Shown piece after piece: positions 1 to 10,013 of a stretch of 32,000 nucleotides of DNA. Within the stretch, counting starts at the first letter, position 1. Each line of letters starts with the position of its first letter. Made by a program: the position numbers and the translations under genes. Source of the stretch: Methanothermus fervidus DSM 2088 (lineage in GTDB: Archaea > Methanobacteriota > Methanobacteria > DSM-2088 > Methanothermaceae); NCBI GenBank assembly GCA_000166095.1, contig CP002278.1, positions 870,001-902,000 on the forward strand, read 5' to 3'. The notes under the pieces were generated by a model. It saw only the letters and a list, made by a program, of their open reading frames with translations, did not search any database and had not been told where the DNA came from.

Positions 1-56
1 TAAAAAGCAAAGATGTGTTCGTCTTGAAATTCAGAGAAATAATGGGAGAGAAATAA
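1..56 (+). CDS. Possible C-terminal end of an upstream gene (partial, ...KSKDVFVLKFREIMGEK*)
   Basis: Open frame from the window edge to TAA at 54-56, abutting the next start at 58. Confidence 0.3.
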   Translation, partial: KSKDVFVLKFREIMGEK

Positions 57-57
57 A

Positions 58-1146
58 ATGTTTTTTAAAAAAGAGAGCGAAAAAAAAGAGAATAAAGAAA
101 AAGTGACAAGAAAAAAAGTCTCAAACGTAAAATCTTTAGGAATTGACCTAGGTACCTTAAATACGGTTGTAGCAGTTCCAGCAGGAGATAAATTTGAAAT
201 ATATGAAATACCATCTGTAGTAGCTGTAAAAAAAGAAGATCCATCACATGTATTAGCTGTTGGAGAAGAAGCCAAATTAATGCTTGGAAGAACTCCTGAA
301 GATATAATAGCTGTAAGACCATTGAGAAGAGGAGTAATAGAGAGCATTTCACAAGCTAAGGCCTTACTCATTCATGCGGTGAAAAAAGGTTCAAAGAACG
401 ATGTTTCTTCTGTTGAAAGAATAGTAGTTGGTGTTCCTGGAGATGTTTCAGAAGTAGAAAGAAAAGCTGTAGAAGAGATTAGCAAGGAAATCGGAATAAA
501 AAATGTTATAACTATAAGTGAAGCATTGGCAGCTGCAATCGGTGAAGGTTTACCTATTGCAGATGCATCTGGTACAATGATTATTGATTTGGGTGCAGGA
601 TCCAGTGACGTCGCTGTTATATCACTTGGAGGAATTACAGATATTGAAACTTTCAGATATGGTGGAGACAATATCGATGAAAATTTAGTTAGGCTTGTAA
701 AAGAAAAATATGATGTAGAAATAGGATTACATGAAGCAGAAAAATGTAAGATCAAAGTGGGAATGGTTAAATGCAACAAAGAATTAGAAAATAAAAAAAT
801 TAAAATAATTGGAAAATGTTCAAAAACAAATAAACCAAAAGAGATAACTGTGGATTCTAAGATGGTAGCAGAAGCTGCTGAGCCATTAATGAAAAAACTT
901 ATAAATGCATTATCTGACATCTTAGAAAGATTGTCTCCAGAATTAATTTCCGGTGTTTATAAAAGATCTGTTGTAGTTGGAGGAGTCTCACAGATAAGGG
1001 GGTTAAAGGAAAGAATATACGAGGAAGTAGGAATTCCTGTAAAAATCTCTAATGATCCATTGAAAGTTGTAGCTAAGGGGGCAGCCATAGTAGCTGCAGA
1101 ACCTAGGGCATTAGAGCCAGAAATAAGATTGAAGGCTATGAAATGA
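58..1146 (+). CDS. mreB: MreB/actin-Hsp70 superfamily protein (rod-shape determining MreB-like)
   Basis: Phosphate-1 motif GIDLGTLNTVVAV, EIPSVVAV, AVGEEAKLMLGRTPEDIIAVRPLRRGVIES, adenosine motif SVVVGGVSQIRGL; purine-rich RBS gggaga upstream. Confidence 0.85.
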   Translation: MFFKKESEKKENKEKVTRKKVSNVKSLGIDLGTLNTVVAVPAGDKFEIYEIPSVVAVKKEDPSHVLAVGEEAKLMLGRTPEDIIAVRPLRRGVIESISQAKALLIHAVKKGSKNDVSSVERIVVGVPGDVSEVERKAVEEISKEIGIKNVITISEALAAAIGEGLPIADASGTMIIDLGAGSSDVAVISLGGITDIETFRYGGDNIDENLVRLVKEKYDVEIGLHEAEKCKIKVGMVKCNKELENKKIKIIGKCSKTNKPKEITVDSKMVAEAAEPLMKKLINALSDILERLSPELISGVYKRSVVVGGVSQIRGLKERIYEEVGIPVKISNDPLKVVAKGAAIVAAEPRALEPEIRLKAMK

Positions 1147-1745
1147 GCATACTTGGGATAGATGAAGCAGGTAGAGGTCCGGTTTTAGGCCCATTAATAG
1201 TTTGTGGTGTTTTGGTTGACGATGAAAATAAACTAAAAAAATTAAATGTAAGGGATTCTAAATTATTAAGTCCTAGAAGGAGAAAAATTTTAGCAAAAGA
1301 AATAAAAAAGGTGTCAAAGTGCTTTATAGTAAAAATACAAGCATATGAAATTGATAAATTGAGAATTGCAGGTATTAGTTTAAATGAAATTGAAAGGATA
1401 GCTATGAGCAAAATTATTAAAAATGCAAATCCAAAGAAAGTAATAGTGGATTCAATAGACATTAAACCTAAAAGATTAAAGAAAAAACTACAGAAAGAAA
1501 ACATTGAAGTTATTGTAGAACATAAAGCAGATGAAAAATATCCAGTAGTTTCAGCGGCTTCAATAGTTGCAAAAGTTGAAAGAGATTCTGAAATAGAAAA
1601 ATTGAAAAAAAGATACAATTGTGATTTGGGTTCAGGTTATCCTAATGATCCAAAAACTATAAAATTCTTAAAAAAATTTAAAAGGAGTGAACTACCTGAT
1701 TTTGTTAGGAAAACATGGAATACAGTGGAAAAATTATGTAAATAA
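1143..1745 (+). CDS. rnhB: Ribonuclease HII
   Basis: ILGIDEAGRGPVLGPLIVCGV N-terminus, ASIVAKVERD, GSGYPNDPKT; overlaps the end of the upstream CDS by 4 nt. Confidence 0.95.
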   Translation: MSILGIDEAGRGPVLGPLIVCGVLVDDENKLKKLNVRDSKLLSPRRRKILAKEIKKVSKCFIVKIQAYEIDKLRIAGISLNEIERIAMSKIIKNANPKKVIVDSIDIKPKRLKKKLQKENIEVIVEHKADEKYPVVSAASIVAKVERDSEIEKLKKRYNCDLGSGYPNDPKTIKFLKKFKRSELPDFVRKTWNTVEKLCK

Positions 1746-1747
1746 GC

Positions 1748-2899
1748 ATGAACATCAAAGAATTTGAAAATAAAGAAGAAAAAGTGTTTCTTATAAGGAA
1801 TATAATAGAAGTTAGGATTCCAAAGAAAAGCTATCTTAAACTTATAAAAAAATATCCAAAAGAATACATAATTTCCTTTTCTAAAGAAAAAAAGATTTTT
1901 CATAGCATCACACATAGACCTCTCTACTATATAACAAAGGAAAGTGGAATACCTCTACTTGGATATAATGCATTTGGATTGATAGACAGAGGAACAAATT
2001 TAATACAAGTTAGGCCAATAACTGGATGTAATTTAAATTGTATATTTTGTAGTGTTGATGAAGGAAGGTTTAGCAGGAGCAGATTTGTGGATTATATTGT
2101 AGACGTTGATTATTTAGTTGAGGAATTTGAGAAAATATCTAAATTTAAAGGAAAAAATTTAGAAGCACATATAGATGGGCAAGGAGAACCATCCTTATAT
2201 CCTTACTTAGTTGAATTAATAGAAGGTTTAAATGATTTAAAGGAAGTAAGCATTATTTCTATGCAAAGTAATGGTATTCCATTAAATAAAAAAATAATAG
2301 ATAGACTAGAAGGAAAGTTAGATAGAATAAATTTATCTATTAGTGCATTAGATCAAAAAATAGCAAATAAGCTTCATGGTGTTAAATATCCGCTGAAAAA
2401 GATCCTGGAACTTGCGGAATATATAGCTAATTCTAAAATAGATTTATTAATAGCTCCAGTATGGGTTCCTAATTATAATGATGAAGAAATTACAAAAATA
2501 ATAGAATTTGCTTTAGATTTAGGCGCTGGTAAAAGATTTCCACCATTAGGAATACAAAAATATATACCTCACAAACATGGTAGGAGACCAAAAACAACTG
2601 TAATGACTTTTAAAGAATTTTATGCAAAACTAAAGGAACTTGAGAAAGAATATGATGTAAATTTAATACTTAAACCAGAATATTTTGGAACTGAAAAAAG
2701 AAAAAGAATTCCAAAGCCAATAAGAAAAGGAGAAAGTTATAATGCTAAAATAGTCTTACCTGGAAGATTAAAGGATGAAAAACTATGTATTGTCAAGAAC
2801 AGATTAGTTTCTATAAGAAGTAATAAAAGAATTGGAGGTTTTGCAAAAATTAAAATAATTAGAGATAAAGATGGTATATTTTTTGGAAAAGAAATTTAA
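1748..2899 (+). CDS. Archaeal radical SAM protein
   Basis: CxxxCxxC motif in GCNLNCIFCSVDEG, followed by DGQGEPSLYPYL. Confidence 0.85.
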   Translation: MNIKEFENKEEKVFLIRNIIEVRIPKKSYLKLIKKYPKEYIISFSKEKKIFHSITHRPLYYITKESGIPLLGYNAFGLIDRGTNLIQVRPITGCNLNCIFCSVDEGRFSRSRFVDYIVDVDYLVEEFEKISKFKGKNLEAHIDGQGEPSLYPYLVELIEGLNDLKEVSIISMQSNGIPLNKKIIDRLEGKLDRINLSISALDQKIANKLHGVKYPLKKILELAEYIANSKIDLLIAPVWVPNYNDEEITKIIEFALDLGAGKRFPPLGIQKYIPHKHGRRPKTTVMTFKEFYAKLKELEKEYDVNLILKPEYFGTEKRKRIPKPIRKGESYNAKIVLPGRLKDEKLCIVKNRLVSIRSNKRIGGFAKIKIIRDKDGIFFGKEI

Positions 2900-3090
2900 T
2901 ATGATAAAATTTTTTAATTTTGACGGAGTTTTTCTGAAATTTTTATAAAATTCTGGTAAAAATATTATACAAAAATATATTATAATTTAAAATTTCTGTT
3001 TATTTTTTATTTTAATTTTTCTATTCTATATTCTTGCTAAGTAGATCACAACAGCTAGCAATGTTTACTGCAGTAAAGGAAACCGATAAA

Positions 3091-3098
3091 TTTAAATA
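3091..3098 (+). promoter_or_regulatory. Candidate archaeal TATA box for the histone gene
   Basis: TTTAAATA preceded by a purine-rich BRE-like stretch, about 40 nt upstream of the GTG start; RBS GGAGGTGAT at 3122-3130. Confidence 0.6.
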
Positions 3099-3133
3099 TT
3101 AGGACAAGTTGATGTGATAGTGGAGGTGATAAC

Positions 3134-3343
3134 GTGGGTGAGTTACCAATTGCCCCAATCGGAAGAATCATAAAAAACGCTGGTGCTGAAAGAGTTAGTG
3201 ACGATGCAAGAATTGCATTAGCAAAAGTTTTAGAAGAAATGGGCGAAGAAATAGCTTCAGAAGCTGTGAAATTAGCAAAACATGCGGGAAGAAAAACAAT
3301 AAAGGCAGAAGACATTGAATTAGCTCGAAAAATGTTCAAATAA
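3134..3343 (+). CDS. hmfA: Archaeal histone HMfA
   Basis: Translation [69 protein letters not shown] matches my memory of M. fervidus HMfA; GTG start with a strong RBS. Confidence 0.98.
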   Translation: MGELPIAPIGRIIKNAGAERVSDDARIALAKVLEEMGEEIASEAVKLAKHAGRKTIKAEDIELARKMFK

Positions 3344-3376
3344 TTTCTTTTTCCTTTTTAATTTTTTGGTGATAAA

Positions 3377-5155
3377 TTGAGCAGGCTTGCAATACTAGAT
3401 AAAGACAGGTGCCAACCAAAAAAATGTGGATATTTATGTCTAGAATATTGTCCTGGAGTTAGAATGGGTGAAGATACTATTGTAATCCATAAAAAAACAA
3501 AAAAACCTATTATTTCTGAAAAATTATGTTCTGGTTGTGGAATATGTGTAAAGAAGTGTCCATTTGACGCCATCAATATTATTAATTTACCTGAAGCTTT
3601 GGGTGACCCTGTACATAGATATGGAGAAAACATGTTTGAATTATTTGGATTACCTATTGTCACCGAAAAAGAAGTTGTTGGATTATTAGGTCCAAATGGA
3701 ATTGGGAAATCTACAATACTTCGTATATTAAGTGGTGAACTTAAACCAAATCTTGGTAATTATCAAAATCCTCCAAGCTGGGAAGAAATATTTGAATTTT
3801 TTAGAGGGTCTCAGTTACAAGATTATTTTAAAAAATTAGCAAATAAAGAAATAAGAGTAGCACATAAACCACAAGCTGTAGATTTACTACCAAAATATGT
3901 GAAAGGAAATGTAAAGGATTTATTAGAAAAAACAGACGAATTAAATAAACTGGATGAAATCTCAGATCTTCTTAATTTAGAAATATCTCTGAAAAAAGAT
4001 ATTAAGGAATTGTCTGGTGGAGAATTACAAAGAGTAGCAATTGCAGCTACATTGTTAAAGGATGTTGATTTTTATTATTTTGATGAACCAAGTTCATGGT
4101 TAGATATATACCAAAGATTAAACATGGCAAAGGTTATAAGAAGATATGCTGAGAAATTTAAAAAATCTATATTGGTTGTTGAGCATGATTTATCAGTTTT
4201 AGATACAATTTCTGATTATATACATGTATTGTATGGTGAACCGAATGCATATGGAGTTGTATCAAATAAAAAAAGTGTAAGAGTTGGAATAAATGAATAT
4301 CTTAAAGGATTTTTAAGAGATGAAAATGTAAGGTTTAGAAGGGAAGAGTTGAAATTCCATGTATCTAGAACAATTGAAACAACAAAAAAAGGAACAATAA
4401 TCAAGTATCCATCATTTGTAAAATGTTATAATGGATTTAAACTATATGTGGATTCAGGAGAATTATATGAAAATGAAGTTGTAACTGCTTTTGGTCCAAA
4501 TAGTATTGGTAAAACAACTTTTGCTAAAATATTAGCTGGGGTTGAAAAACCTGATAAAGGTAAAATTGAAGAAAATATAAACATAGCATATAAACCTCAA
4601 TATATTTCTATAGAATTTGATGGTACTGTAGAAGAATTTTTACATAAAAATGTAACATATTATGGAACAACAGCATTTAGAACAGAAATATTAAAGCCAT
4701 TCAAACTGGAAAATTTACTTCATAGAGAGGTTAGTACATTAAGTGGTGGAGAATTACAAAGGTTGATGATAGCAACTGTTTTAGCGGAGGATGCAGATCT
4801 TTATGTACTTGATGAACCTACAGCATTTTTAGATGTTGAAGAGAGATTAAGTGTTGCAAAATCAATTAGAAAAATTGTTGAAAATAAACATGCTGCAGCA
4901 ATTGTAATTGATCATGATATTCTATTCCTTGATTATATTGCTGATAGAGCAATGGTTTTTTATGGAAAACCAGGTGTAGAAGGTCATGCTACTAAACCAA
5001 TGTCCCTGAGAAATGCAATGAACAAATTTTTATCACAAGTTAATATCACATTTAGACGAGATAAGGAAACTAAAAGGCCAAGAGCTAACAAACCAGACAG
5101 TTACTTAGATAGAAAACAAAGAGAAGTTGGTGAATATTACTACTATGATACATGA
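3377..5155 (+). CDS. abce1: ABCE1 / RNase L inhibitor homolog, ribosome recycling ATPase (TTG start)
   Basis: N-terminal ferredoxin-like cysteines ([29 protein letters not shown]), twin ABC domains with [40 protein letters not shown]. Confidence 0.97.
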   Translation: MSRLAILDKDRCQPKKCGYLCLEYCPGVRMGEDTIVIHKKTKKPIISEKLCSGCGICVKKCPFDAINIINLPEALGDPVHRYGENMFELFGLPIVTEKEVVGLLGPNGIGKSTILRILSGELKPNLGNYQNPPSWEEIFEFFRGSQLQDYFKKLANKEIRVAHKPQAVDLLPKYVKGNVKDLLEKTDELNKLDEISDLLNLEISLKKDIKELSGGELQRVAIAATLLKDVDFYYFDEPSSWLDIYQRLNMAKVIRRYAEKFKKSILVVEHDLSVLDTISDYIHVLYGEPNAYGVVSNKKSVRVGINEYLKGFLRDENVRFRREELKFHVSRTIETTKKGTIIKYPSFVKCYNGFKLYVDSGELYENEVVTAFGPNSIGKTTFAKILAGVEKPDKGKIEENINIAYKPQYISIEFDGTVEEFLHKNVTYYGTTAFRTEILKPFKLENLLHREVSTLSGGELQRLMIATVLAEDADLYVLDEPTAFLDVEERLSVAKSIRKIVENKHAAAIVIDHDILFLDYIADRAMVFYGKPGVEGHATKPMSLRNAMNKFLSQVNITFRRDKETKRPRANKPDSYLDRKQREVGEYYYYDT

Positions 5156-5245
5156 GTCATCAAATACTAAATTAAGATAAGAAAAAGGTTTTTCAGTTCA
5201 CCTCCTTTTCATCATGAAATCAGTGTGGAGTCTCATCATTCAAAA

Positions 5246-5548
5246 TTATATTTTTTCTATACAAAAAATTAAATCTTTCTCTTTATCAACTATCCAATAA
5301 TTTGAAATATTTTTCTTTACGTTGCCTATACATTCATTAATTATTTTGAGAACTCCGTTTACATCTTCTTCTCTCAAGTAAGGCTCAGACAGACTCACCT
5401 GACGTGTTTCAATTTTGTATTTGTCTTTATCCTTATACACCACTATAAAATGATATTGATTTAAAAATTTTTTAACATAAACAAACTTTTTTCCTTCTTT
5501 TAAATCTTTTAAAATTTTTTCTGCAGTTGATTTTACACCTCGTGTCAA
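5246..5548 (-). CDS. Conserved small hypothetical protein
   Basis: 100-aa ORF starting at TTG, 4 nt downstream of the aminotransferase stop on the same strand. Confidence 0.5.
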   Translation of the reverse strand: MTRGVKSTAEKILKDLKEGKKFVYVKKFLNQYHFIVVYKDKDKYKIETRQVSLSEPYLREEDVNGVLKIINECIGNVKKNISNYWIVDKEKDLIFCIEKI

Positions 5549-5552
5549 ATTT

Positions 5553-6722
5553 TCACCTACTGCTTCTAGAACTTAATTTTTTCATTCCCGAAACAAATTT
5601 TTCTGCAAATTTCATTACTTGTTCTTTTGGAATAGAAAAACTTACTCTAACATATTTTTCGCCATGTAACCTGCTTGTGTATGTTCCTTCTCTTATGAAA
5701 ATATTATGTTTAAGTAAATAGTTAGCTATATCTGAAGGCCTAACACCTGTTTTGTGGATATCTACTACTAACATATTAGCATTAGAAGGGTATACTGGTA
5801 TAAAGGCTCCATCAATTTCATCCACAGCATCTTTTATTATTTTTTGATTTTTTCTTGTGCGTCTTTTAACCTTGTCAACCCACTTATTTTTATGTTTTAA
5901 TGCTGCAATAGCTCCTCTTTGAGCTAAAACATTTGTACCTAAATCATTAATTATTGATGAACGAACAGATTCCATAAACTCTGCAGGAACTATTAAGGAT
6001 CCAACCCTTAGTCCAGCAAGGCCACAAATTTTTGAAAAACTATATACTGTAAAAGAACGTTCTGGAGCATATTTAGCTACAAGATAATGTTTTTCGGCAA
6101 AATCCCGATATGTAATATCATGCAAAAGATATATATCGTATTCTTCAGCTATTTCAGCAAAAGCTTTTATTTCAGATTTAGTATAACATGATCCTAATGG
6201 ATTTAAAGGATCTATAAGTGATATTAATTTTGTATTTTTAGTTATATTTTCATTCACTAAATCAGGTGTTAATTTATAATTACAGTCTTCATTGTAAATT
6301 GACACTGAAATTACTCTTCCAAATCTTCTTGCAAAATTATCTATGATAAGATAACCTGGATCAGATGTTATTATTTCATCTTCAGAATCTAATAAAGTCT
6401 GCATTGTGATGTAAAGTGATTCCGTGCCACCAGCAGTTATCAAATTATCAAATTCATCATTGTTTAATTTTAAATCTTCTAAAACCAATCTTTTAAGTTC
6501 TTTAAATCCTTCAGGAGGAGGATATTTACAATATTCATGATTGAGTATTGAATCTATTATTGCATTTATGATCCTCTCATCATGATTTAAATGATTTGTA
6601 TTCTGACCCATCCATATCATTTCTTTTTTATGGAAGATATAATCAAAAAATTCATTTGAAGGTTTAAGTCCTTCCGATAATGTCTTCATATTTAAAAATT
6701 CGGGGAAAACCATATTAATCAC
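5553..6722 (-). CDS. PLP-dependent aminotransferase, class I/II fold
   Basis: AGGTESLY, DPLNPLG, active-site-lysine context YSFSKICGLAGLRVG, YVRVSF near the C-terminus. Confidence 0.88.
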   Translation of the reverse strand: MINMVFPEFLNMKTLSEGLKPSNEFFDYIFHKKEMIWMGQNTNHLNHDERIINAIIDSILNHEYCKYPPPEGFKELKRLVLEDLKLNNDEFDNLITAGGTESLYITMQTLLDSEDEIITSDPGYLIIDNFARRFGRVISVSIYNEDCNYKLTPDLVNENITKNTKLISLIDPLNPLGSCYTKSEIKAFAEIAEEYDIYLLHDITYRDFAEKHYLVAKYAPERSFTVYSFSKICGLAGLRVGSLIVPAEFMESVRSSIINDLGTNVLAQRGAIAALKHKNKWVDKVKRRTRKNQKIIKDAVDEIDGAFIPVYPSNANMLVVDIHKTGVRPSDIANYLLKHNIFIREGTYTSRLHGEKYVRVSFSIPKEQVMKFAEKFVSGMKKLSSRSSR

Positions 6723-6730
6723 GATCCTCT

Positions 6731-7450
6731 TTATTTCGATAACCCATTTTCAACAATTTTAAACCTAACTTTTAAACCTTCTTTTTTATTTTTATGTCTT
6801 TTAAGTATTGCATATCTTTCACCACTTGACGACCCCATCTTTAATTCTACTATAATTTTACTCCAATATTTTAATGTTGTTCCTCCGACTGGTTCTATAT
6901 TAGAACCATCCTCGTCAAACAAAGAATATATATGGTTCGTTATTACCACTGCCAAATTATATTTTCTGGCAATTCTAAGTAATAAAGCCATTTGTTTTCC
7001 TAACTCAACATTTAATTTGGAGGAATTTCCTTCTTTTAATCTGTAAAGTGCTACTGCAGAATCTAAGATTATTGCGTCAAATTTTTTGCCTTCTTTTTTT
7101 AATAATGAGTTTATTTTTTGTATGACAATTCCCTGTTCATAAAAGGATGATGGCTCATAAATTAATATATTGGGAGCTACCTTGTTAAAGTTATCTCCTG
7201 CAATTTGTTTCACCCTTTCTATAGATAATCCGCCTTCAGTGTCTATAAATATTACTTTTTTACCTCTTTTTGCAACTTCTACTGCTAATTTTATTGCAAT
7301 ATTTGTTTTTCCAGAACCTGGTGGACCATAAAATTGTGTAATAGTTCCTTTTTCTACCCCTCCACCTAATATTTCATCTATAGGTGAATTTGTAGGTATT
7401 TTCTCTGTTTCTGCTATTTCAGAAAGTGGCTTCATGTTTCTCAACTTCAA
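6731..7450 (-). CDS. radB: DNA repair and recombination protein RadB
   Basis: [36 protein letters not shown] Walker [17 protein letters not shown] Walker B, no N-terminal HhH domain. Confidence 0.93.
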   Translation of the reverse strand: MKLRNMKPLSEIAETEKIPTNSPIDEILGGGVEKGTITQFYGPPGSGKTNIAIKLAVEVAKRGKKVIFIDTEGGLSIERVKQIAGDNFNKVAPNILIYEPSSFYEQGIVIQKINSLLKKEGKKFDAIILDSAVALYRLKEGNSSKLNVELGKQMALLLRIARKYNLAVVITNHIYSLFDEDGSNIEPVGGTTLKYWSKIIVELKMGSSSGERYAILKRHKNKKEGLKVRFKIVENGLSK

Positions 7451-7500
7451 TGCTTTACATCCCTAGAAAATCTTTAAGATAAAAGAAATATAAAAATTTT

Positions 7501-8547
7501 GTGATGAAAGCATTAAAATATCCAACTGTTAGAGAAGCACTCCTTTATAAAAATACAGATTCTGAATCTGTAATGTGTGAATTATGTAATAGAAAATGTA
7601 TTATTCGTGATGGTCAAATGGGATTTTGTAAAACTAGAATCAATAGAGAAGGAAAATTATACACTTTAGTGTATGGAGATATTAATGCATTAAGTAGTAG
7701 GCCAATAGAGATAAAACCATTTTTTCATTTTTATCCTGGCTCAACATCACTAACATTCTCTACATGGTCATGTAATTTCACATGTCCATGGTGTCAAAAT
7801 TATCATCTTTCAAAGAAAGCACCAAATCCTAAAAAAGCAAATTACATATCTCCAGAAAATATTGTGGACCTTGCTTTAAAAATGGGAGATGAAGGTGTCT
7901 GCGTTAGTTTTACAGAGCCAACATTACTATTTGAATATAGTTTAGACGTATTTAAGCTTGCAAAAAAGCATGGTTTATATACTTCCTATGTATCAAATGG
8001 GTATATTACTGAGAAAGCGTTGGTTCTATTAAAGAATGCAGGAATGGATGCAATAAATATAGATATAAAAGGAGATTCTAAGACATATAAGAAATATTGT
8101 GGAAACATTAAAGCTAAATTTGTGTGGAATACTGCAAAAAAAGCTTTAGATATGGGTATTCATGTTGAAATTGTAAATCTCATAGTTACTGGAGTGAATG
8201 ATAATTTAAAAACAATAAAAAACATAGTGAAATTACATTTAAAAAATTTAGGACCTGAAGTACCAATCCACTTTACTAGATATTTCCCTGCTTTTAAATT
8301 TAACGAACCACCAACTAAAATTGAAGTACTTGAAAAAGCATATGAAATTGCAAAAGATTTTGGTATTTTATATCCATATCTAGGAAATGTACCAGGGCAT
8401 AAATTTGAAAATACTTATTGTCCAAAATGTGGTGAATTATTAATAAAAAGAAGAAACTTTAAAATCCTTAGATGGAAATTAAAGAATTTTAAATGTCCTA
8501 AATGTAAATTCCCAATAAAAATAACAGGAGAGTATGTTGCCAAATGA
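7501..8547 (+). CDS. Radical SAM protein of the AmmeMemoRadiSam / PFL-activase-like family (AmrS-like) with a C-terminal zinc ribbon
   Basis: CELCNRKCIIRDGQMGFCKTR, TWSCNFTCPWCQNYHLSK (CxxxCxxC), C-terminal YCPKCGELL...FKCPKCKFPI. GTG at 7501 is followed immediately by ATG at 7504. Confidence 0.85.
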   Translation: MMKALKYPTVREALLYKNTDSESVMCELCNRKCIIRDGQMGFCKTRINREGKLYTLVYGDINALSSRPIEIKPFFHFYPGSTSLTFSTWSCNFTCPWCQNYHLSKKAPNPKKANYISPENIVDLALKMGDEGVCVSFTEPTLLFEYSLDVFKLAKKHGLYTSYVSNGYITEKALVLLKNAGMDAINIDIKGDSKTYKKYCGNIKAKFVWNTAKKALDMGIHVEIVNLIVTGVNDNLKTIKNIVKLHLKNLGPEVPIHFTRYFPAFKFNEPPTKIEVLEKAYEIAKDFGILYPYLGNVPGHKFENTYCPKCGELLIKRRNFKILRWKLKNFKCPKCKFPIKITGEYVAK

Positions 8548-9098
8548 ATGGTGTGGAAGCATTGAATAAAATATGTAAAAAAATACTGGAAATTAGGAAA
8601 GGACAGAGGAAAGATATAGGACCAGGTATAATTAGAAATATGGAAGATTTCCATTTTAATTACTTAATTGATAGGCTTAAACTGGAAATAGAAATAGTAA
8701 AGAAATATTCCCCGAAAGTCAGGCCTGCAATAGATCCTGTGGTTTCAACTGAGTTAGGTATATATAGAGGGTATGACGTGGAAGTTGGAAAACTTTTAGG
8801 ATACCCTATTTGTTGTATAAAAAGTTTTCTGGGAGGTAGGATAAGTATAGATGAAAATCATTTAAAAGAAATTTCAGAACTTAAAGTACCTAAAAATGCT
8901 TATGCAATTATCATGCCTTCTGGATTTATCCCATGTAGCTTAAAATGTAAAAAAGCTTGGAAAAGGAGACTAATAAATTTTGTGACAAAAAAAGAATATG
9001 AAAATATACTTAAACTAGAAAAAGAATTAATTACAAATTTACTTCATTTTCATCCAGCTTACGATGAATACTATGAAAAAATCTTACTTTCTGAGTGA
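8544..9098 (+). CDS. DUF483-like conserved archaeal protein
   Basis: GYPICCIKSFLGG cysteine motif and FIPCSLKCKKAW; 4-nt overlap with the preceding radical SAM gene. Confidence 0.65.
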   Translation: MNGVEALNKICKKILEIRKGQRKDIGPGIIRNMEDFHFNYLIDRLKLEIEIVKKYSPKVRPAIDPVVSTELGIYRGYDVEVGKLLGYPICCIKSFLGGRISIDENHLKEISELKVPKNAYAIIMPSGFIPCSLKCKKAWKRRLINFVTKKEYENILKLEKELITNLLHFHPAYDEYYEKILLSE

Positions 9099-9409
9099 TC
9101 AAAATTATAGTAGTCAATGTAATCAATTGAGTATTTAAATTTTCTTTTTGGAGCTATAGAAAGATATAAGATTCATTAATTTGGCATTTAGGCGATTTTG
9201 TTATAAGTACTCCTCCAGTAAGTGTATGATTTCTAGATAAATTCCATATGCTTGGGGAGATTGCCAACAGAACTAGCAATGTTGAGAGGATTAATACAGA
9301 TTTATATGGAAAAGAAAACACTATGAGAATATAAAACAGCTAAAAAAGGCCAAGTAATTAATTTGGATTCTTTTTATCTAAAAAAAGAAAAGTAAATAGA
9401 ATTAAAAAT

Positions 9410-9667
9410 TTACTCTTTCAATGCCTCTAATTCACTTAAAACTTCCCATATCAATGTTCTAGCATGTACAGGAATATTAGGATCATTACTAATTTCGTCC
9501 AAAATCGATATAACGCTACTTGTCCTTACACTCAATTCTTCTTCTTCATTATTTAAAATTTCTTTTGATTCTTCAGCGGCTCTTCTAATATTTCGAGGTA
9601 TACTCGTATCATTAACAATATTATCTAATATTTCATTAACATGTTGAATTGTTTCTTTCTCACTCAT
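9410..9667 (-). CDS. UPF0147 family protein
   Basis: [38 protein letters not shown]...[20 protein letters not shown]. The ORF track extends to 9709, but the internal Met is the better start. Confidence 0.85.
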   Translation of the reverse strand: MSEKETIQHVNEILDNIVNDTSIPRNIRRAAEESKEILNNEEEELSVRTSSVISILDEISNDPNIPVHARTLIWEVLSELEALKE

Positions 9668-10013
9668 GGATAGACCTCCCAAAAAATAATATATATCTAA
9701 GATTCTCATTACTTAGCAAAGATATATAATTTGCTGAGACTTTACTCACAAGATACGTTTTTAATAAAAAGTACAAATTTTTAGCTTCTAATACTTTTTA
9801 ATGAATCCTGGAACACTGAGGAATTTATGATTCACAGACCTATTATTGTTAGTAGTAGTTTTTAATTGATAAATATAAAAAGCTTTCGTAACAGATCTTT
9901 TTTGGTTATAAAAACTAAATTTTTTATAAATATGGAAATAAACAAATTATAATGTTACTTTATGTGAACTATTTTTTTAACTCTCCACATATAGAAGGAA
10001 ACAAAGTGATTTG

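Noticed and set aside
372-920. Minus-strand ORF (182 aa) opposite mreB, and similar ones at 65-352, 1136-1618, 9908-16173 and 27230-28132
   Set aside because: They lie antisense to well-supported CDSs and have Phe/Ser/Leu-rich low-complexity translations typical of reverse-complemented AT-rich, Lys-rich genes.
3055-3339. Minus-strand ORF overlapping hmfA
   Set aside because: Antisense to a certain histone gene with its own promoter and RBS.
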